DNA from: Balanoglossus misakiensis
Taxonomy: Eukaryota; Animalia; Hemichordata
Assembly (NCBI GenBank): GCA_040954595.2
Contig: CM082585.2
Coordinates: forward strand, 4,365,358 to 4,429,357
Reading direction: 5' to 3'
Length of the DNA: 64,000 nt
The translations under genes were made by a program, and so were the position numbers. This document shows, one piece after another, positions 40,701 through 51,000 of this stretch. Under the pieces are notes generated by a model that searched no databases, was not told where the DNA came from, and saw only the letters and a program-made list of their open reading frames with translations. The first letter of the stretch is position 1, and every line of letters starts with the position of its first letter.

Positions 40701-43700
40701 GGCCCCGAAGGTTAAGTTTATCGCGCTATTTCTGAGTGAAATCAGACGAAATATGAGACACAAGAGGTATCACTTCACCTGACGATATTTTTGGTAGGTA
40801 AATATGGATGAAAACACCGATAACACGGCGAATTTAGAAAACTACGTGAACGTAAATAGTAATTGGATTGAGAGCGCGGCCCCATTGTTTACAACACCGG
40901 ACATTTTATAACGGGTCGAACTCAACAACATTGACTTTTCGAATAGAAATTGATAGCAGCATATCAATTTCAAATTTGTGAAACACTTTAGCAATAAAAT
41001 CATTGTTAAATATTAATATTGAAGTCGTGTCAATTTAAAATCTAAACGCAAACTTTTATCCAAGATTACCAGAGAAATTGCTGCATGGAAACCGATTGAT
41101 AAACATCATGTATCTGAAATACAATGTATTGAAAACAACCATAGTTCGAGGTGAATCGATGTCAAATTTACCGGAAATGCTGGGAAATGACGAGAATAAA
41201 TTGGATTTTCTCCTCCTACGTTCATGTCCTGAGAAATGTCGTTGCTACTGCCTGAAATAAAACATAGTCATCGTTCGTCTGCTCGACTCGACCTGTTGAC
41301 TGACCCGACTGCAAGTTGCTGTTGTTGTGCTACTCTACGCTCGAGCTCTAGCGATGTCGATCGTGACGTTTAACTTGCAATTTATCATGCTTGTTTTACG
41401 TTTAATACGTGTGCTTTATTACCCCATATTTACCTGTGCTTCATAAGTCTCCCACTTTTGGGTTTCGGGCATATTTCAGATCGAGAACAGGTGAGTTTTG
41501 TTTGTTTACATAAAGAAAATAGTCCGGGCGTGCATATTCAACACATGTGTAATAAGGATTCGTCGAGGTCATATACCTGTAGTGTGACGTCACACTATAG
41601 GGATAACTCGGTCTATGTATGTGATAAGCCGAAATAACCAAATGCAATTGTCTCCTGTTTTCAGAGCTGGTTGAAATAGAGGATTAAATACAGCTCAATG
41701 TCGCAACCTCCGATTGGTCCCTCGTGAACACAAAACACACTACGTTGAAAATAGTCTCATTGATCTGCACAAAGTCTAATTTTCTCCCACGTTTCTCAAA
41801 AAATGTCGTCTATATTTCAAATGTCCGGAATAAGGGTATCTTTACAAATGCGGAACAAGTTCGGATAACTATTCTCCCTGTGGACAAGAACGGTGCTTTG
41901 TGAACAGATATACACGCTGCCATTCTTACCTTCGCACATGTTTTCTTCTTGTGCCTGGTATCCGTCACAACAAGAACATCCTCCCGTTTCCACGGTGCCG
42001 CACAATGTTGTGTTACCATCGCTACAGTAGTTTCTATCTGAAAAAATCAAAGTGAAAATATCATGTTAACAATTATTTTGCATTGAGAATTTCGAAGAAG
42101 TAAAATGATACATTCAACATGGCAAAACCGCCAGCTTTAAAAACCTTTAATTACAGCTTCTAATAACCGAATTTTACAACACCCCTCTCCACTAGAGTCC
42201 TATGCCCCGTACGTCGCTCGCACGCGTAGTGACCTGTCGCGCCGATCACAACAGTCGACGCTGTGTGATGATTTCAGCGCGTTCTCAAAAATAGTTCGAG
42301 ACGCGGAGTGAAGATATATTTCACAATGTGAAATACCGTAAAATATCTTCGGGGCGAGAACAATAGAAAGTGCGAAATACAAGCGTTGCATGTATGATAA
42401 GTATGGATATTTACCACAATGACATTCATTATGCAGTTATAGGTAGGTCAACAGATGGTTAAATACGTTTTGTGTTAATAGGACGCCAGTTGTGTAACAA
42501 CTTAAAAAATGCCGCACACATTTAAAATGACATCGGGCGTTCAGTTGTATCAGCAGGTGAGGTTTTAAATTTTGATGTGTCAAAATCATATAGCTGTAAT
42601 AATACTAAAGCAAATACATGTACGTCAATTGAACGTGTCAAATAACCTGCACCGTAGACTTCAACTTCGCAAAGAGTCAGAAAACCCCGTTGTGGTATCA
42701 CAACACTGACGTATCTTCCCATTAGTCTTCCTTGGCAATTAATAACATGACGTCTTTTAGTAAAGGCGCCCACGGGAGTACCGCAGATTGGGTTGTCTTG
42801 TGGATTAACATGATTCCCAACATGCACTTCTGCATGGCCGAGACGATCCTCTGATGACATAAGAAATCAACAGAAACAACAGCTGAAACACGACAAGAAA
42901 TTGCCGACCAACGGCTGAATGGGTCAGATCTCAAACTGAATTTGGTCTGTATAGCTAGGCAAATGGTAATACCTGGTTTATCATAATAACCATTTATCGG
43001 TAAATATTTTTTTGTATTCATATGAAACCGAGTTTATTCAGCCTCTGATGACCTCATGAGTCTTATTAATCCTATTATATCAAATTATCTCCACCACAGA
43101 TAACTTGGAAATCAAAGAAACAAAAGAATATCTGAGCTCCAGCTCAATGCTTGATATCGTTTTTGAAAGCAGACAAAATAAGTGTTATCCTAAACTGTAT
43201 GACAAGAGAATGATTTCAACTTTAAAATGATTAACTTTTTTGTCCAGGGATACTCCATTAGGTCCAGCTTATGGTACATGTTTATTACATTTCACAACTC
43301 TTAAGATACTGTACAGATTGCGACACACATGAGGACTTAGTGCGCACGCGTGTGTATTTACCGCAACAGTCGTCCCTGTTTGTAATGTCCACTCTGAAAA
43401 CTTGATATTCAATTTGCAAATCAACTCGCCACCAAGGCTCATCGTCCAGGAGTGTATGGGTACAGCTGTGAGAAGTCATCCAACCACTCCGTCTTCCGTC
43501 CACAGCATTTTCGGCCCCAGTGTAGTAGTCACTTGTACTGCTTTGTGTGGCCCTTTGTCCTAATGCAATATTGCGAACTACAAAATAAAGAAAGACAGAA
43601 AGCCATATTTTTATAACATCTTACAGTCATTATTTTTAAAATAAATTGTTCTTTACATACATGTATACATTAAATTTTCACCACAGACGACGAGAGAGAT

Positions 43701-46700
43701 GTTGGACTTGGCTGGACTAGAATTCACTTATCAAAAATAACAATAAACTATAAAGCTGAACATTTCATCGGGCTATTTAGATTTGAACAAGACAGCGGGG
43801 TTGATACTGAAAAAAATACTGAAATCAATACATTGAGAATTCGTCAAGACATTTGCAAATGAAAATATTGCCCCCCCCCCCTTACTCCCGTCCCACCCAC
43901 CCCCTGATTACTGAATGCTCCCTAACCCCTAAAAATATGGTACGCAAATTTCAATACCTTGACTTTCACAGTTCATCTCATCAGAATAAGAATCCAAGCA
44001 GTCCGGATAGGAGTCGCAAAACCAAGTCGATGGCAAACATTCACCGCTAACGCATTCGAAATCATCGGCCGTACACTCTGTTTCAATGTCAATTTGAACA
44101 AAGAAAAATTACGTATGTGCTAGTCGCACGCATGGCTGAGAAAAAAAACACATTAATATCGGGCGGAGTAATTGCACACTGCACTGTGTTCTGGATGTCT
44201 CTGGCAAATTTATTATAGCACAACGTTTCGTCTGATAACTCAGACTTCGTCAGGTGGTCTGGAGATAAAATGGTACACGTTCTTGTGAAATATGCCGAAT
44301 TTGTTCCAGAAACAGAGTTGAGAGACACCCGTCTTCACACCCTACAAGAGACACTCATCAAACGAGGCTACCCCAAAAATTGACAAAAGAACAAATAGAC
44401 TCTACCACTCAACTGGCCGACGCTGGGGACGCCTGAAAACGAAATTCCCTCGGACTGGTGCTCTCTTACCATAATATTGATGATAATCTCGCTTGCGGCA
44501 CGGGCATCATCAATATTAAGGTCAGAGATCACCATCCCTCGTGCAGGCTTCAAATCGTGATGTTGCCCTCGCTATCATCATGTGTTATTATTTAAATATT
44601 CTAATTGGCACAACAAACGTCAAATAAACATAAGTAGCAGCCGAATTATTTATTCATTTTACCTCCGCAATCTTTCTCGTCTCTTCCATCATTACAGTCT
44701 CGGACGCGATTACAAATGTTTCTGTTGCTTATGCAAAAGTCTCCGTTATCGTCGCAAGGGATAAATCCAAAAAATCGACACACTGTGAGGAAAACCATCC
44801 GGATACTATAGTTAATCACAAAATAAGTCAGTTGAAACTTGACTGAATAGGATTTACAAATGTACATGTACATGTACGTTGACATTGTTTTTTATATTTT
44901 ATTAAATTACCTTTCTGTAATAAGTGCGAAAGAGATACATCTTGGCGGAAATGGTGCATAATCACCCAAAAATAGCACTTGTCTGAATGAGTCCACAGCT
45001 GCATTTTCGCTGCTCTTGACAACTTCAGAAGAATTTAGCTTCGCTCTGCGTTGGCCGAATTTGCTCAATTGCATTGTATGACCCATCCAACGAAACGGTT
45101 TTTTTAGTCGATAAAATGTCCCTGGCGGGAATAAACTCTGATTCAATACAACTCACCGTGAATTTGATCAAATTATTATTTTCTAAAAATCTAACTTTCA
45201 AACGCTGTTACTCCTCAATGGAAGCAGATAACGCAAAACAAAATTACCGTTTTTTGCACGTGTACTCTAGTTTCGAATGACATATTAAGATGCATAATGC
45301 ATGGTCAACTATTTTACCTAAATTAAATTGAATTATGATATAATATCAAAAAATGTTTTTTTTTACCCCCAAAACGCCACCATTTCCGGGGATCAGTAAT
45401 ATATGCAACTCAAGCAAAAGTTCAAAACTCAGCTTCCAGACTATATATGGTTTATGGGGGGTTTATTCATTCTTGAATATAACTTTAACTGGTGTGTTCA
45501 TCTGACATATCCAGTTAGGTGACAGTGTTAAGACAGACGTTTATTTTCCATCAGTATACTCCGTGGAATGAATATTAACTACATAAACAACGCAGTTGCC
45601 ATATAGACATAGTGATGGTCTTACCCAAACATAACTCGGTCTCGTCATTGTCACAATCGTGAATTCCGTTACATAGTTTGTAGTTTTGAATACACGTTCC
45701 GTCACTGCAACGAAATTCACCGGAGCCACATACTATAAAAAACACAATACCATTAATCCCTAACCGGAACTCTGGCAATATACAATATACGGGGTATGAA
45801 ACAACCTCAAATTCGGAAGTTACTGCATCGAAAAAGATTTAATGTATGTATGTAAAAAGTGAAACAGAGAGGGAGTAATGCGCTCACAACATTATTGCAT
45901 TAAAAGAAAACGTACAGTTTCATTAAACAGTAGAGCTAATTTGCATATTTTAAATGCATTTTTATAAATTATAGCACATTCAGTTCATATCTGGTTACAC
46001 CTGTGTTGCACGGTTTTCACATCTAATGCAAAATTCCACTGTTTATCTTTAAATTCAATTCCTTACTTGAATTCAATTTTGTCTTTCAACACTAAAAAGC
46101 GTGCAGATACACAGGCTTCGCTGACAGACAGATCAAGGGCATGGTATAGTGAAGAAAACAGAAAAGGAAAATGGAAAACTCAAAGAAAAATGTTAGTGCC
46201 AACATAAATGTAGCCCGGAGACACAGGCGTAGTAGTAGGGGAAAAGGAACGCCCGGGGACAGTCTCTATTTACGCCCCGAATTCTGTGCGCAGAACGACA
46301 CGGGTGGTAAATTTTGTGTGTAAGCTAATTGGTCACTCAATGTAAACCAAATGACATCATCGCATTCTAAATAAGGAAATAGAGGTGGAGTCATATGTGA
46401 AATTCCCGCGACGGGATGTGGGAGTGGTTTACCAAGCTTTGTTAATTATATCATCCAACCACTGGCGCCCGTCAACATTTGATAGATCACTCGTTATCCA
46501 TTCGTTACTAAGCGACCCTGATCGTTGCCAGGGCTACTATCTTTCAGCTCAGCAGGAAGTTACTCCACTGTCCCCGGGCGTTGTATTCTAGATTCTAGAT
46601 CAACGCCTGTGTCTCCGGGCTAACATAAATGTTAGATATAGTATGTTTTAAATCAATCCTCTTTTATACACATTCACGCGCCCATTACACTTCATATTTT

Positions 46701-47965
46701 ATTAGCTCTGCTGTCACTTGTGTCAGCCGAGCTGTAGCAGTAGGTTGATAAGTGTCCGTCCGTCGTCCGGCGTCCGTCGTCCGTCAACTTTTGGTATTTC
46801 AATCTTCTTCTTTAAAACAACTTGTCATATTTAGCTGAAATTTGGTTGGAATGTGTGTTATGGTGCCCTTAACTGATTTTGTTAATTTGGATTTGATGGG
46901 GTCATGAATATGCAAATTAGATCTAAAAATAGAAGTTTTGGTAAAACTCTTCTTCTCCATAATTACATGTACAATGGAGCTGAAATTTGGTAGGAATGTG
47001 TGTTATAGTGCCCCTACTTGATTTTGTTAATTTGGATATGATGGGGTCATAAATATGCAAATTAGATCTAAAAATAGAATTTTTGGTAAAAAAAATTCTT
47101 CTCCCTAACTACATGTACGATGGAGCTGAAATTTGGTATGAATGTGTGTTATGGTTTCCCTACCTTATTTTGTAAATTTGGATTTGATCGGGTCATGAAT
47201 ATGCAAATTAGATCTAAAAATAGATTTTTTTGTCAAAAATCTTCTCCCTAACTACATCATGTACGATGGAGCTGAAATTTGGTAGGAATGTGTGTTATGG
47301 TGCCCCTACCTGATTTTGTTAATTTGGATATGATGGGGTCATAAATATGCAAATTAGATCTAAAAATAGAATTTTTGGTAAAAAATCTTCTCCCTAACTA
47401 CATGTACGATGGAGCTGAAATTTGGTAGGAATGTGTGTTATGGTGCCCCTACCTGATTTTGTTAATTGGAATTTTGATGGGGTCATGAATATGCAAATTA
47501 GAACCTTGGTGCTTCCTTTTGATGTTGTTCTTTAGGATTCAATTCTTTCTTTCTTTAGCACAATGAATCAAGCTGAATTTGGATAAATACTTGTGATGTC
47601 TATGTTTGGTTTTGTTCAATAGAATACAATTGTTATGATTAAAACCTAGGGTATTCATATCATTGCCCAGGTTACACTGTTAAAGTCAGCAGAGCTCTTT
47701 TGACCGATAGGTCACTTTTTATATAATTCTCACTTTCGCATCCAAGTTCATCTTCGCCCGTCGCACAGTCTCGGTAGTAGTCACATATAAAGCGTTCAGG
47801 TAAGCATTTGCCATCCAGACAGACGAACGCACAAACTGGTGAAGGAACAGTTGAAAAATTGAATTCGCATTATACCTACGTTATACATGTTATGCTGATG
47901 ATCGGTCGCACAATTCAACGCGAATGTATACAAAGCAGAAACACACACACACACGCACGCACGGA

Positions 47966-48009
<44 letters not shown>

Positions 48010-51000
48010 TACATACATACATACATACATACATACATACATACATACATACATACATACATACATACATACATACATACATACATACATACGAAATATA
48101 CATACGAAATATGCGATCGACTGGTCTGATACAAAGTACTCAATACTTAAGGTGAGTGGAATATTAATTAAGTCAGGGTAGTTGGAGAAACGTCAGGCGG
48201 TATAATCTCTACAACGTTGTTTCGTTAGTCACTGGACTCACTCATAAGGCCTCAGGAGACTAAACTGACCATCTCTGTTCAACAAATAGTAATCAGTCTG
48301 CGAAATGTGTTTGCTATTACTTTTTAAAACCGCACATAAACTGAAACTATAGTAACGAAAATATGAAAATGAATTTACATATACGGAATAAAGGGTATGC
48401 CGCTCACCTTCGCATGTGTTACTGTCATCTTGTAACTCATATCCTTGATAACATTCGCAGTAGAAAGACCCAATGGTATTTACACAAATATGACTACATG
48501 TACCATTCACCGTTTCACATTCGTCGATATCTAAACTTAATAACATTCCAATATTCATTAACAGAAACTAAAACTGGTGTATATATGTTGCTTTCTCTGT
48601 GTTTATCATAATTCAGATAAATTCGTATATGATACAGTCCATTTCAACATTGTTCCCTTCGCGGAGTTTTCTACAAACATATCTCACCTTCATAGTTCAG
48701 GGGTTTTTGTATCATGATATCGTCCATTTTAATATCGTTTCCTTCACGTATTGTTCTACTTATATAGACATTAGCTACTCTTCTAAGTTACAAGACCACA
48801 TTTCTCTCACAAATCTCACCTTCGCACTGGTGTGAACTTGGATTAGGTGTGAAGCCAGCTGGACAAGCGCACACTTGTTCTTCATACGGCCCGATTTCCC
48901 ACTTCTGTTCACAAAGATCCGCCCCGATTAAGGACTGTGCCTGGGTAGCAAAGAAGTTTAATAGTTTCAAGCAATGCGATCCTGTTTATCAACCAAAATG
49001 TTTCTTTCCTTAAAACTTATCAAACGTGCCACTTTAAGCCCATTGTTTTAATTTGCACATTCAATCACTGTCTGTAAAATACGCTTTTACTCTTGACCAC
49101 ATTCCCCGTATGTTACCTGAATGTTATGCTCTGTTTTAATGGACTGAGCTTTTATTGAAACTTAACTCTAAAAGTGTAAAAACTATTTTGAGATATAATA
49201 GGAAGAGAAGTCATTCTCTTTACTTCAGTTTGATATTGAGTTGTACACAATTTAGCTTCAAAGTAATGTAGCTTAGTGCTGAAGTGAAAATACAAATATT
49301 TATGTGTTAAAGCTGCACAGTTGATGGCAAATACCATTTTGGGTATATTTGTATTTTGTGAAATAAACATCGATATACAAACCTTTAACATGAAAATAAT
49401 TGCCCTACCCATGGACTCGGGTCAAATTTACTCATATAACGATATAAGCTTCATAGAAAAAGTCCGATGGTAAACAACATGTTTACATGAACCGCCGATA
49501 CTACACGGAAACTGTGACGTCACAATCACGAGACCAGGCGCGATCTAGCGTGAATTGGAGACGTTCCTTCCGATGGGTTCTTGCCGATTGCCGCACGCCG
49601 GCGGTATGAAAGTGTAGGCTAAGACGTCGATCCACCGGCCGGCAGCACCGCTCCAAACATGACCAGCTCCACGCCACTTTGAGCTGCACCGCGGTCGGAT
49701 ATCCCACCCCGGCTGCCGGACAGCATATGAAGGTGTCTGAGGCCTTTTCTAGTCAAAGAGTACACGTTTAAAACTTTGGGGTTTTCGGAATGGAAATAGC
49801 GGAACAAGAACATGGATTTATACTAATCATGAACGCCAAACAAACGTTGAAAAAGCCAGATCTGAAAAAAAAATCCGCTGGGCGCGATGACACGCCAACG
49901 TTATTTTTCAAACAATGTAACCTGTCACGCTGAGTTCATATATTTTGCTGCCACAAACAAGTTCATGCGTAGGTCGAGAAAGTTCTCAAGCGGCCGGGTG
50001 ATCGCTGCAAGGTTAGCGGCGGCCTCGCACGCCCGAATTTGCCACAAAACTATCAGTCCATACAGCGATGCGGTTCAAACTCTTCCGTTGTATTTCATTT
50101 CAACAACACAAATACAGAATACAACACGGCAGTTTGGTACGTCGTCTCTATATCCTACACCGCTAATTCTCATCTCAATCGTCTCTCTTCGCAATACGTC
50201 GATTCTCTAAAAGAAAGTTCAACAGACGGGATACACTGCAACCCGCGGAACTAGCAATTCACGTCTCTGCTTCAGAGGAATATACCAACCTGAAGTGGGG
50301 GAACCCAGTCCGTTCAAGCGTAAATGTCCCGGTCAGAAGGTAACTACGAGCTTCGTAGAGCAGCATTCGACACGCTAAACAACTCTCGTCGTTTGCAACA
50401 CGCCATTTTTTTCCAAGTCCACGTTTTGTCGGACAAACGATTTCTGACGGTTCGACAGACGGTGGGTATAGACACGTCTGCTTGCGAAAATTCCGCCAAT
50501 TTTTGTTGAATTTCTTCGTATGAAATCGAAGGAGTTTGTCGTTTTAAATACTCGATATATTGTTCTTCATCATTAGGAAGTTTTCTTGGTTGTCAGTGCA
50601 AAACATCCTCATACAAGGTTCAGAGTAGACTACAGACAATCTCACAGTGGGATTACGAACGTTTGAAACGGTTAATTTGTTGCAAAATAAACAAAGTGCG
50701 GTAGTCAGTTTCACGAACTTATCATCTAAAAATTTACTGCGCAAGTGCACAAGTGACGTCACATTGTATGACGTAACGTTTACGTCGCAATATTTGTGTG
50801 TTTATAAAAATATATGGGTACGTACCCATAAAATTTATTTTTATTAGTTTTTTACATTCTGAACCATGGCAACTGACCAAATCACTCGTGAGTTATTTTA
50901 TTTCGGCAAGTAAAGTATTATACAAACAAAAGTTAAGAGTTTTATGCTACCAAAGTAAATTGTCATTATCATCAACTGTGCAGCTTTAAAACGTTTTGTG

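Noticed and set aside
46800-47500. Regularly spaced repeats as a possible CRISPR array
   Set aside because: The whole 145-bp unit repeats with no unique spacers, there are no cas genes, and the context is a eukaryotic intron.
49501-50509. Short ORFs inside the 1.7-kb TIR element as a transposase
   Set aside because: Short, and no DDE or other recognisable motif.
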